This document shows, piece after piece, positions 20,311 through 29,105 of a stretch of DNA of 64,000 bases. Made by a program: the position numbers and the translations under genes. Position 1 is the first letter of the stretch; each line of letters opens with the position of its first letter. Source of the DNA: an uncultured Oscillospiraceae bacterium. GTDB lineage: Bacteria; Bacillota; Clostridia; Saccharofermentanales; UBA5734. A model generated the notes under the pieces. It had not been told where the DNA came from, made no database searches, and saw only the letters and a list, made by a program, of their open reading frames with translations. Location of the stretch: NCBI GenBank assembly GCA_964652975.1, contig CAZZCN010000006.1:4099-68098 (forward strand), given 5' to 3'.

Positions 20311-21520
20311 ACGACTCCTTTCCCTCACGCTTTAGTTTTACCGGGGATATTTCGTAAAAATCGTTAAGCACCGCCTTTAAACTTTTGCCTCTGATAACAT
20401 ACATCTCTGAAAGATGAAAAAATTCTGTTCTCTGGTACTGTGTCAGTTTAAGCAGGTTTGATATGTCTTCCACGACTTTTCTGTCTGATTCTGTGATAAT
20501 TTCATGCTTCATATTTTCGCTTGCCCATTCGCTTAGCAGGGTTATAAATGTTTCGATTTTATCCATATTTTGGTCGATCAAAGATGTGACTTTGACAGGT
20601 AGTAGACTTTCCGGATCACCAGAGTCTGATACTATCTTAAGCACGAAAATATTGTGCGAAAATATGAATCCTGTTGCAGCTTCATATACAAAAGCGGCTT
20701 CCATTTCAACGAGGATTGGTGATGAAGTGTATTCATTGAAATATTTGTTATTGTGATGAGAACGAGAAGAAAGCGTTTCATTTTCAGCTTCAATCAAACC
20801 GGTCTTGTCTCCGTTAACAATGTTGAGATTATTTCTGATACCGATATTACAGTTTTTATTGATATCGCTCGTAATGTCGCTTTTTATATCGCGTTTTGTT
20901 TTCTCTTTGTCAGTCTCGCTTTTATTTTCTGTGTTATAGATATTTTCAATGGATTTGCCAGTAAAATACACCTCACCCACTGTTATTACCTTAGCCTGTG
21001 CAAACGGTGTCGCCAAAAGCATGTCAGGATAAAAGCTGCGTTTCAAAATGGAATTTTCGATTGAGGAGGCTAAGAAAATATTTCCAATTTCACTTTCCAT
21101 CTTTGAATTCATTGTTATTATATCATTTAGAGCATCAGCCTCTGTTGTTTGTTTTACAGGTGCTTCTATTTGCATTTTAATTGCATCTTCTTTCAATTTT
21201 GTTTCTGTCTCGGCTTTTGTAACTCCCGCTGACGCTGTCTTACCTGTTTGTGCTTCACAAACACCCGTCTGCATGCTTTCAGGAATGTAAATCGCGGCAA
21301 TCCCGAGATTTATAAGGCAGTCAGTCTTTTTTGCACCGTATCGTGTTAAAAGGTAAACCGTTGCAATCATGGCATTTGTTGCACCGACCCCTGTGACAAT
21401 TAATTTGATTGATTCGTTTTCGTAAATTCTGAACCGGTTTTCGCCCTTGCTCATCTTAAGATTGAATCTGTCAATAATCGGTCTAGCCTCTGGCATCATT
21501 GCGATTGATACAAAAATCAT
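20276..21520 (-). CDS. PNP_UDP_1 / MTA-SAH-nucleosidase-like protein with large insertions and a C-terminal extension
   Basis: 414 aa. Conserved blocks are MIFVSIAMMPEARPI, LIVTGVGATNA, ILVEMEAAFVYEAA and LKIVSDSGDP. They are interrupted by low-complexity K/E/T/N-rich inserts. Its ATG overlaps the AraC stop. Confidence 0.65.
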   Translation of the reverse strand: MIFVSIAMMPEARPIIDRFNLKMSKGENRFRIYENESIKLIVTGVGATNAMIATVYLLTRYGAKKTDCLINLGIAAIYIPESMQTGVCEAQTGKTASAGVTKAETETKLKEDAIKMQIEAPVKQTTEADALNDIITMNSKMESEIGNIFLASSIENSILKRSFYPDMLLATPFAQAKVITVGEVYFTGKSIENIYNTENKSETDKEKTKRDIKSDITSDINKNCNIGIRNNLNIVNGDKTGLIEAENETLSSRSHHNNKYFNEYTSSPILVEMEAAFVYEAATGFIFSHNIFVLKIVSDSGDPESLLPVKVTSLIDQNMDKIETFITLLSEWASENMKHEIITESDRKVVEDISNLLKLTQYQRTEFFHLSEMYVIRGKSLKAVLNDFYEISPVKLKREGKESYDKIRKILLQP

Positions 21521-22461
21521 ACAAGGAAAATCCTGTCCTTTCTAAATGCTCCGGGTGTTGTACCGGTCGCCCTTTTAAAGCACCGTATATAATTACTTGT
21601 ATCTTCAAACCCACATCTGGCGGACACTTCAGAAATCGGCATTTCTGTTTTAAGCAAAAGGCTTTTCGATTCGTTTATTCGATAGGATATCAAAAACTCA
21701 TAGGGGGTCTGACCGGTAAAATCTTTGAATATACGGACAAAATAGAATTTGCTGATGTGTGCATTTTGGGACAATTCATCTATCGTAAGCTGTTCGCCGT
21801 ACTTTGCCTTAATGATGTCCATGGCGTTGTTTATGTCCTCTTCATGTCTTAAATATCTTACTTTAGTAGCATGTTTTTGCTTGGTAAGTATCATTCTGGT
21901 CAAAATGCTCATCAGCTTCTCTGTAAACTTCAAATCAAGGTTCATTGGATTTGTTTTAATGGTTGTCTCAATGTCGGACATATGGTTTTTTACTGTCACG
22001 TCATCCATGAAATCAATGAGTGCTATTCCGTCTGAATTTATAATTTCTGAATATGTGGAAGCCGCCGTGCCGTTCAAATGAACCCACATGAACTCCCATC
22101 TGCAGTTGTCACTGGTCTTATAGTACTGGTAATCCATGCAATCTATCAGTACCGCAGTGTTTTTAACGGTAAAAACCTCCTCGTCCCTCGATTTTACAAT
22201 TCCGCAGCCTTCCAGAGTATATATCAGCAAAAAACTCTTAAGTCCTTCACGCTCGGTGAAATAACCCCTGTCAGCAAAATAGTGGCCATAGCTTTCCAGA
22301 TAAAACGGCAGTTGCAATGCCCAAAGACCAGGTGTATGGACATAACTGTACGATGTGGACTCAATGTCCATTTCGCAGACAAGTCTGAACTCCCCGTTCT
22401 CAATTTTACTTTTATTCCTCACTTTGGAATTTTTAGAGTTAGCATCCTTTATTTTATTCAA
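21517..22461 (-). CDS. AraC family transcriptional regulator (cupin-like N-domain plus HTH)
   Basis: 314 aa with a TTG start after GGAGG. The C-terminal HTH reads LTIDELSQNAHISKFYFVRIFKDFTGQTPYEFLISYRINESKSLL...ISEVSARCGFEDTSNYIRCFKRATGTTPGAFR. Confidence 0.9.
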   Translation of the reverse strand: MNKIKDANSKNSKVRNKSKIENGEFRLVCEMDIESTSYSYVHTPGLWALQLPFYLESYGHYFADRGYFTEREGLKSFLLIYTLEGCGIVKSRDEEVFTVKNTAVLIDCMDYQYYKTSDNCRWEFMWVHLNGTAASTYSEIINSDGIALIDFMDDVTVKNHMSDIETTIKTNPMNLDLKFTEKLMSILTRMILTKQKHATKVRYLRHEEDINNAMDIIKAKYGEQLTIDELSQNAHISKFYFVRIFKDFTGQTPYEFLISYRINESKSLLLKTEMPISEVSARCGFEDTSNYIRCFKRATGTTPGAFRKDRIFLV

Positions 22462-22516
22462 TAATCAAGACCTCCACTTTATAATATTGTGTTGGTATGT
22501 GCACTAATTCATTATA

Positions 22517-22948
22517 TCAACATATTTCTACTTCATCTCCAGCTTTAATTATTCCGCCTGTTATGACCTTTGCGAATATTCCTTCCTTGGGCATGACACA
22601 ATCACCGATCTGATGGTAGATTGCACATTTTTGATGGCACTCTTTGCCTATCTGTGTCACCTCGAAAACAACCTGGTTGATCTTGATTTTAGTCCCGACA
22701 GGCAATGAGTACAGTTCAATTCCTTCTGTTGTTATGTTCTCGGCAAACTTGCCTGAGCACAGTCCTTTGACTCCGACTGCCGTCATTTTGTCGATACTTT
22801 CCTGTCCTAGAAAGCTTACTTGTCTATGCCAGTTACCGCCATGTATGTCTCCTTTGAGTCCAAAGTCGATTATGAATTCACCCTCATCGATTGTTCTTTT
22901 GGGTATGCCTTTTTTTTCACTTATGTTTATTGCTGTTACTTTTGCCAT
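22517..22948 (-). CDS. MOSC domain-containing protein
   Basis: 143 aa: GLKGDIHGGNWHRQVSFLGQESI...CHQKCAIYHQIGDCVMPKEGIFAKV. It is adjacent to moaC. Confidence 0.8.
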   Translation of the reverse strand: MAKVTAINISEKKGIPKRTIDEGEFIIDFGLKGDIHGGNWHRQVSFLGQESIDKMTAVGVKGLCSGKFAENITTEGIELYSLPVGTKIKINQVVFEVTQIGKECHQKCAIYHQIGDCVMPKEGIFAKVITGGIIKAGDEVEIC

Positions 22949-23073
22949 TTTCTGCCTGCATGATATAGCTTAAAGCTAGATCATACTCTCCTTTCGATTG
23001 ATTATTGCCTGTATCCTCTACATTAGCGAGAGCTGGATATTGTATAAGGCTAAGACTATTATGATCCTGGACA

Positions 23074-23538
23074 CTAGGAGTTTGAGGATTTTCCGCCTGT
23101 TTTTCTGATCAGTTGAATGTCACCGATTCGCATTGATTTGTCAATAGCCTTACACATATCATAAACTGTCAGTGCTGCTATTGAAACGGCTGTAAGCGCC
23201 TCCATTTCTACACCTGTCTTCCATGTGCACGAAACGGTTGCTTTGATTAATATGTTATTCTCATTGGTATCATGTTCAAAATCAATTCTGACATGGTCTA
23301 GCGGAACAATATGGCATAATGGTATAAGCTCCTGTGTCCGCTTGGCGGCCATGATGCCGGCCACTCTTGCGACGGCCAGCACATCGCCTTTTGGCATGTT
23401 CTTCTCCAGTATGACAGACAGAGTTTTGCAATCCATCCAGATTTTGCCGGTAGCGATGGCTTCTCTTAGAGTATTTTCTTTTTTCGAGACATCCACCATT
23501 ATTGCATTGCCGTTTTTGTCTACATGTGACAATTCCAT
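23074..23538 (-). CDS. moaC: Cyclic pyranopterin monophosphate synthase MoaC
   Basis: 154 aa: MVDVSKK..T.R.A.A...[27 protein letters not shown]...[24 protein letters not shown]. Confidence 0.95.
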   Translation of the reverse strand: MELSHVDKNGNAIMVDVSKKENTLREAIATGKIWMDCKTLSVILEKNMPKGDVLAVARVAGIMAAKRTQELIPLCHIVPLDHVRIDFEHDTNENNILIKATVSCTWKTGVEMEALTAVSIAALTVYDMCKAIDKSMRIGDIQLIRKTGGKSSNS

Positions 23539-23609
23539 CTTGAACCTCCTGATTGTTTTTGTAATATAATGTTGTTCCGTCTATCCAATTAATGATGCAT
23601 TGGTTTTAC

Positions 23610-23684
23610 TTTTATCAATTATACTTATATCGATTATACTTTTATTGATTTTACCTATATTGATTTTACTTGCAGTGTCGATTA
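23610..23684. repeat. Tandem degenerate 15-bp repeat x5 between moaA and moaC
   Basis: The units are TTTTATCAATTATAC, TTATATCGATTATAC, TTTTATTGATTTTAC, CTATATTGATTTTAC and TTGCAGTGTCGATTA. They are in exact 15-bp phase, and the last overlaps the moaA stop codon. Confidence 0.8.
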
Positions 23685-24632
23685 TCCGCCGATTTTGTTC
23701 ATTCCATTTTTTGAATGAAATTTCTTGTTGAAGTGATGACTTTCCGGCTTGTTGAAAATGGACCGCTCAATCAATCCTTCCAATTCTTCAGGGTGGTTTC
23801 TCAAAGCATCCATCAGGTCCACTTCACTGTTGTCGCCGAGGCATGGCTTGAGAATTCCATCGCTGGTGATTCTTACTCTGTTGCAATAACTGCAGAATTT
23901 GTGGCTGATGGGACTGATTAGTCCAATGCTCCCCTTGTATCCGTCTATTGAATAAAGTGTCGCCGGACTGTGGGAATTTTCAGGAATCGGTTTCATCTGA
24001 GGATGGGACAAAAGGATATCCGAGTTGTAAACTGTCTTGTCCCTGTTGTTTTCACCGAAACTGCCTATAGGCATAAGCTCTATGAAACGGACTTCAATCG
24101 ATCTTTCCTTTGCCAGATCGATAAATGAATCAATTTCATCATCGTTCACTCCCTTTATCAGAACCACGTTGATTTTAACAGGACTTAATCCTGCCAGAAA
24201 CGCAGCATCGATTCCTTCGATTACATCGTTTAAATTTCCACCCCCGGTAATATGTGAAAACTGCCTTGGATCCAGTGAATCCAGGCTTATGTTGATTCTG
24301 TTCAGACCCGCTTTCTTTAGAGGTGCGGCTAGTGTTGAAAGCCGCAGTCCGTTCGTTGTTGCGGAAATGTCTTCAATGCCTTCAATCGTAGAAATCGCCT
24401 TTACTATGTCGCAAATATCCTCGCGCAAAAAAGGTTCCCCTCCGGTCAAACGCACTTTTTTGATTCCCAGGTGCGACATGGTTTCGACGATGGTTCTATA
24501 ATCCTCCACTGTCAGACTTTCATTGCATGGACCTCCCTCTGGAACAGGATTGCAGTAAATGCAGCTCATGTTGCACTTCTGAGTTATCGAAATGCGCAGA
24601 TATTCTATTTGCCTGCCATATTTGTCAATCAT
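23682..24632 (-). CDS. moaA: GTP 3',8-cyclase MoaA (radical SAM)
   Basis: 316 aa: YLRISITQKCNMSCIYC, LTGGEPFLR, and a C-terminal CSYCNRVRITSDGILKPCL second cluster motif. Confidence 0.95.
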   Translation of the reverse strand: MIDKYGRQIEYLRISITQKCNMSCIYCNPVPEGGPCNESLTVEDYRTIVETMSHLGIKKVRLTGGEPFLREDICDIVKAISTIEGIEDISATTNGLRLSTLAAPLKKAGLNRINISLDSLDPRQFSHITGGGNLNDVIEGIDAAFLAGLSPVKINVVLIKGVNDDEIDSFIDLAKERSIEVRFIELMPIGSFGENNRDKTVYNSDILLSHPQMKPIPENSHSPATLYSIDGYKGSIGLISPISHKFCSYCNRVRITSDGILKPCLGDNSEVDLMDALRNHPEELEGLIERSIFNKPESHHFNKKFHSKNGMNKIGG

Positions 24633-26557
24633 ATTAAAGTCATGTCTCCAATCGTTTCGTCGATGGTGTATCCACCTGTTTCAAGCAATCTTCTCTTGAA
24701 ATCTTCACTTTTAAGTATGTTGATAAAAGTCTCGATACGATCGTCCAATTTGCCGCTTTTATAATTCACTGCTATAAAATCATAGTTCTCTTCACAAACC
24801 GGAACAAAATCAAGGTTGAAAATCTTTGCCGCTGAAAATATTCCAAGTCCGACATCTGCATTGCCTGAAGCAATAATGGCAGCAACATTCATATGTGTGA
24901 ACTCTTCGCGCTCGTATCCATAAAGAGCGTCTTTATTCAATTGGTGTAAATTGAGAAGGTAATCCAGTAAAATCCTTGTACCGGACCCCTTTTGTCTGTT
25001 AACATATTTTATTTGTCGCTTTTCGTCGAATATATCATGGATGTTCGTTATATTTTTAGGATTCCCCCTGGCAACAATGAATCCCTGCTGTCTTTTGACT
25101 CCACGAATCAACAATGTATTACCCTTGCCAAGATATTTTTCTATATAGCTTTTGTTGTATTCCCCAGTGCTTTCATCAAGAAGATGAATTGCTGCCAGAT
25201 GCGTCTCTCTGTTTCTTATAGCAGTGATTCCCCCCATACTGCCGACATGTGATGATGATATTGAATAATTATAATCACAATTTCTAGATATTATGTCAGA
25301 AATCACATCAATCAAGGGGTCGTGGCTGCCTATCATTACAAGCGCCCTGCATATAGCATCTTCACTTTTTAGCAGTTCAACTGAAACCTCCCTGCCGGCC
25401 ATATATCCTTCAGAATTTATCGGGATATTCAAAATCCCATCGGCTTTTACAAAACTTGTCACCATCGCAGCACCTCTGCCTAGCGGCGTGACAACCATCC
25501 TTCCATCTACATATCCAAGCTTGACACGGACAAATTCTTCGTACTTTAATGATGATACAATTGTTTTCGTCAGAATAGCATTGATTTTCGGAACAGCTGG
25601 AATCTGGATTTTCATAATATATGCAATAACTTTTTTGACTATCTTCTCCATTACTATAATTCCTGATACCGGATAACCCGGGACCCCTATAACGGGACGC
25701 TTTTTAACAATTGCCAGTATTGAAGGCTTTCCCGGCTTGATAGCAATTCCATGTACGAATACCTCACCCATTTCAAGAAGAACTTTTGATGTATAGTCCT
25801 CTCTTCCTGCGGACGAGCCCGCGTTTACAATTACAATGTCACACTCAGCTGTCGCAGTATCCACAGCCTGCCTGATCAAATTTTCACTATCAGGAGTGAT
25901 GGGATATGTTTTAGGTATTGCTCCCATTTCCAGTAGTATGGCGCTGAAAATTGAAGAATTGAATTCAATGATTTCACCCTTTGCGGGATTGTCGGTTGGT
26001 GCCACTATTTCATCACCGGTTGGAATAATTCCGACGATGGGTTTTTCCCATACTCTGATTTGAAGAATTCCGCCGGCCATAGCCGCACCTATTGAAGCTG
26101 GATTCAAAATAAAATTCGCAGGTAGGATCATATCATTTTCACAAATGTCTTCTCCTATCTGACGTATGTTCTGCCATGGTGAAACCGCAACTGTTAATTT
26201 TATAAATTCTTTCCTGTCGGTATCAATGACATCTTCCACCATGACAACTGCGTCATAGGTGTCGGGAATTGCGTCTCCTGTGTCAACTCTGATAAAATCA
26301 GCCTCTTCGCATAATGTAACGGGTGTAGTATCCGATGCTCCGAAAGTTATAGAAGCACGCAGGGCAATTCCGTCCATCGCGCTTGCATTATAATGCGGTG
26401 ATGATATTTTTGCGTATAACGCTTCGGATGTGATACGTCCGAGCGACTGTGCTACTGGTATCATTTCTGTACCAAGTTGGTTACAATCACATAATTTTGA
26501 AAGATACAGGTGCAATGCATCTTCAATTTCCATGTTGTTTAAGTATTTGTATGCCAT
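24629..26557 (-). CDS. moeA: MoeA-type molybdopterin molybdotransferase fused to a C-terminal periplasmic-binding-protein-like domain
   Basis: 642 aa. The N-terminal 400 aa are MoeA-like: SPHYNASAMDGIA, IIPTGDEI, VNAGSSAGREDY, GIAIKPGKP, PGYPVS. The C-terminal 240 aa are PBP-like: IGSHDPLID...QKGSGTRILLD. Confidence 0.85.
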   Translation of the reverse strand: MAYKYLNNMEIEDALHLYLSKLCDCNQLGTEMIPVAQSLGRITSEALYAKISSPHYNASAMDGIALRASITFGASDTTPVTLCEEADFIRVDTGDAIPDTYDAVVMVEDVIDTDRKEFIKLTVAVSPWQNIRQIGEDICENDMILPANFILNPASIGAAMAGGILQIRVWEKPIVGIIPTGDEIVAPTDNPAKGEIIEFNSSIFSAILLEMGAIPKTYPITPDSENLIRQAVDTATAECDIVIVNAGSSAGREDYTSKVLLEMGEVFVHGIAIKPGKPSILAIVKKRPVIGVPGYPVSGIIVMEKIVKKVIAYIMKIQIPAVPKINAILTKTIVSSLKYEEFVRVKLGYVDGRMVVTPLGRGAAMVTSFVKADGILNIPINSEGYMAGREVSVELLKSEDAICRALVMIGSHDPLIDVISDIISRNCDYNYSISSSHVGSMGGITAIRNRETHLAAIHLLDESTGEYNKSYIEKYLGKGNTLLIRGVKRQQGFIVARGNPKNITNIHDIFDEKRQIKYVNRQKGSGTRILLDYLLNLHQLNKDALYGYEREEFTHMNVAAIIASGNADVGLGIFSAAKIFNLDFVPVCEENYDFIAVNYKSGKLDDRIETFINILKSEDFKRRLLETGGYTIDETIGDMTLI

Positions 26558-26573
26558 ATCTCAATCCCTCTTT

Positions 26574-27800
26574 CTAAAACAACACTACTTTTACAGGTTC
26601 GCATGCAGACAGTCCTTCCGCACCTCTAGCAATGTGCACGAAACCGTCTGCCATGACAAGTGATGTTATAAGACCTGATTTTCCGAAAACCGGTGTTGCT
26701 ATTGTTTTCCCGTCTGTCTCTTCTATTTTCACAGGGAGGAATTCTTCACGGCCATTGTTGGATGGATAATTGCCTTTCATCACAGCATCGACAATCACCT
26801 TTTGTCTTGTTTTCAAGCCTTCCATTTGAGAAATCAATTCAACAACAAAAATTTTAAAAATCATATATGCCGAGACAGGATGTCCTGGAAGTCCTATTAA
26901 TGCTCTATTTCCGGATTTGCCTATTATAGTTGGTTTTCCCGGTTTTACTGCTATGCCATGGACAAGAATTCCCGAATCGCTTAATTTGTCGATCACCTTA
27001 TAAGTCTCGTCTCTTGTTCCGACTGAGCTTCCTCCGGAAATCAGGACAATATCGCATTCACCCATCGCTCGACTTGCAGCATCAAGTATAAGGTCATAAT
27101 TGTCTTTGACAATCCCATATAATACCGGGATGCATCCCTGCGAAAGAATTCCGGAATACAGAGTATATGAATTGATATCCCTTATTTTGGAACAGTTCTT
27201 GATGCTGCTTTTTACTTCCACCACCTCATCCCCGGTTGAGATAATTGCAATTTTTATTTTCTTGAAAACACTTACTTTATCAAACCCGATGGCAGCAAGC
27301 GCTCCAACTTCCTGTGGACGTAGCAATGTACCTGCTAGAACAACTGGCTGAGCCACTCGGACATCATCGCCCTTGAAAGTCACATTATTACCAGGTGCAG
27401 AGGATTTGAAAAGATTGATGGTTCCGTCCTTATAGTCTTCGGAATATTCGATCATTACTACGGAATCGGCATACTGCGGAAGTGCTCCGCCTGTCGGAAC
27501 GTAACAAGACTGACCTTTGCTCAAAGCAAAGTCTGGGTATTGCCCCATCAGAACCTCGGGTAGAAGATTCAATTGAACAGGCTGCGATTCCCCGGCACCA
27601 AAAGTATCGGATGAAATAACCGCATATCCGTCCACATTCGAACGGTTAAATCCCGGAACATCCTCAGAAGAAAAAACTGTTTCGGCCAGAATTCTTCCGG
27701 TACAATTATTAAGATCTGTCAATTCGGAATCCAATGGAAAATCTGCAAATTCATTTCTCAATATTTCCATTACTTGCTGTACCGTTTTCACATCTAACAC
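26574..27800 (-). CDS. moeA: Molybdopterin molybdotransferase MoeA
   Basis: MoeA motifs: VPGFNRSNVDGYAV, ISTGDEVV, ISGGSSVGTRDET, GIAVKPGKP, PGHPVSAY. The ORF is open to 27851. I prefer GTG 27800 (GGAGG lies 12 nt upstream), but the start is uncertain. Confidence 0.85.
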   Translation of the reverse strand: MLDVKTVQQVMEILRNEFADFPLDSELTDLNNCTGRILAETVFSSEDVPGFNRSNVDGYAVISSDTFGAGESQPVQLNLLPEVLMGQYPDFALSKGQSCYVPTGGALPQYADSVVMIEYSEDYKDGTINLFKSSAPGNNVTFKGDDVRVAQPVVLAGTLLRPQEVGALAAIGFDKVSVFKKIKIAIISTGDEVVEVKSSIKNCSKIRDINSYTLYSGILSQGCIPVLYGIVKDNYDLILDAASRAMGECDIVLISGGSSVGTRDETYKVIDKLSDSGILVHGIAVKPGKPTIIGKSGNRALIGLPGHPVSAYMIFKIFVVELISQMEGLKTRQKVIVDAVMKGNYPSNNGREEFLPVKIEETDGKTIATPVFGKSGLITSLVMADGFVHIARGAEGLSACEPVKVVLF

Positions 27801-27893
27801 TATTCTGTATATCCTCCGTATTAAAATTATTTTTTCTCGTAAACGCCACACATCACATAATTACCTGTTGCTCTCAAACATCTGTCTAACTGA

Positions 27894-28013
27894 GTTAGTT
27901 GTTAAGGCTTACTTCTTTTGCATGTTAGTTGGTAAGGTTTACTTCTTTTGCATCTTAACTGGTAAGGTTTGCTTCTTTTGCATGTTAGTTGGTAAGGTTT
28001 ACTTCTTTTTCAT
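27894..28013. repeat. Tandem 30-bp repeat x4 upstream of the moeA operon
   Basis: Units begin at 27894, 27924, 27954 and 27984. The minus-strand unit is ATGCAAAAGAAGTAAACCTTACCAACTAAC, with 1 to 5 substitutions per unit and exact 30-bp phase. Confidence 0.9.
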
Positions 28014-28035
28014 CTAGGTAAAGTATATTTCGTAT

Positions 28036-28224
28036 TTACCAGTTTCGTAAAAACATTTTGGTCTTTTCGTGCTCTGGTTGGTGAAAAACGCGGTCCGGCG
28101 GACCTTTTTCAACCAATTCACCATCCCATAATATAAGAACTTAATCGGCTATCCTAATGGCCTGGGAAGGGTTATGGGTTGTAAAAATAATTGTCGAGCC
28201 TGTCTCTTTGCGAACAATCCAGTT
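28036..28224 (-). pseudogene. 3' remnant of an ABC transporter ATP-binding gene
   Basis: Minus-strand translation: NWIVRKETGSTIIFTTHNPSQAIRIAD*VLILWDGELVEKGPPDRVFHQPEHEKTKMFLRNW*. This is the H-loop and C-terminal region of an ABC ATPase. It has an in-frame TAA at 28141..28143 and no Walker A or B upstream. Confidence 0.7.
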
Positions 28225-28456
28225 AAAATAAAAAGATATTGCAAGTAGAATAATTCCAATATCAAAACGCTATATTCTTCTTTTATATTATAAAAGTTTA
28301 CCATTGGTGTCAATGGAATTTCTATCCATATTAACGCCAGTTTTATAACTATTTTGTCAATTTCATTTAAATACGCTCAGTACGATTTCAAGATAATCTG
28401 TTATAATAAAAACAATATAAAGTCGGTTCGATAATTTATGCGTATGGGAGGTCAAT

Positions 28457-28948
28457 ATGTTCAGTGCAGCGGTTTTGACTATAAGTGACAAAGGATTTGC
28501 AGGAGAACGGGAGGATGTCAGCGGAGTTCTAATTGTTAAATATCTCGAGGAAAAAGGTTTTGATATCAAAAAGTATACAGTCATTCCTGATGAAAGAGAA
28601 ATTATTTCAAAATCCCTGATAGAAATGTGCGACGAAATAAAAGTCGATCTTGTCATAACAACCGGAGGGACAGGATTTTCCAGAAGGGATGTAACACCTG
28701 AAGCAACTCTCGATGTAATTGAACGCAACGTGCCGGGAATACCGGAGGCGCTACGTAGCAGAAGTCTAGAAATAACGCCAAAGGCTATGTTGTCTAGAGG
28801 TATAGCAGGAATTAGAAAAGGGACATTGATTGTAAATATGCCGGGAAGCCCGAAAGCAGTTGAGGAATACCTGGAAATACTTTTACCTGTTCTACCCCAT
28901 GCTTTGTCGATTTTGACAGGTCGAAGCGCTGAATGCGCCAGGGATTGA
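28457..28948 (+). CDS. MogA/MoaB family molybdenum cofactor biosynthesis protein
   Basis: 163 aa: LTISDKG...DLVITTGGTGFSRRDVTPEAT...GIRKGTLIVNMPGSPKAV. RBS is GGGAGG. Confidence 0.9.
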   Translation: MFSAAVLTISDKGFAGEREDVSGVLIVKYLEEKGFDIKKYTVIPDEREIISKSLIEMCDEIKVDLVITTGGTGFSRRDVTPEATLDVIERNVPGIPEALRSRSLEITPKAMLSRGIAGIRKGTLIVNMPGSPKAVEEYLEILLPVLPHALSILTGRSAECARD

Positions 28949-29105
28949 GGAATTTAATATAATTATTTCTAGCAATATTATTATATTTTTTGGCAAATAT
29001 TTCTTATTACTGTGTTTTTTTATCTGTTATAATTGAATAGCATGTGTATTGTTTAAATCCAATATTTTTTACAATTTTTTTATATTATTAAAGGAGGATT
29101 AGAAA

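Noticed and set aside
27852-28035. Moco riboswitch expected upstream of the Moco biosynthesis operon
   Set aside because: I could not find the conserved Moco-motif elements I recall (a CCGAGCC-like block and a purine-rich terminal stem). The region is instead filled by the 30-bp repeats. A cmscan would be needed to be certain.
28363-28728. 121-aa minus-strand ORF
   Set aside because: It is antisense to the well-supported mog/moaB gene, which has a GGGAGG RBS and conserved motifs. The ORF has no RBS.
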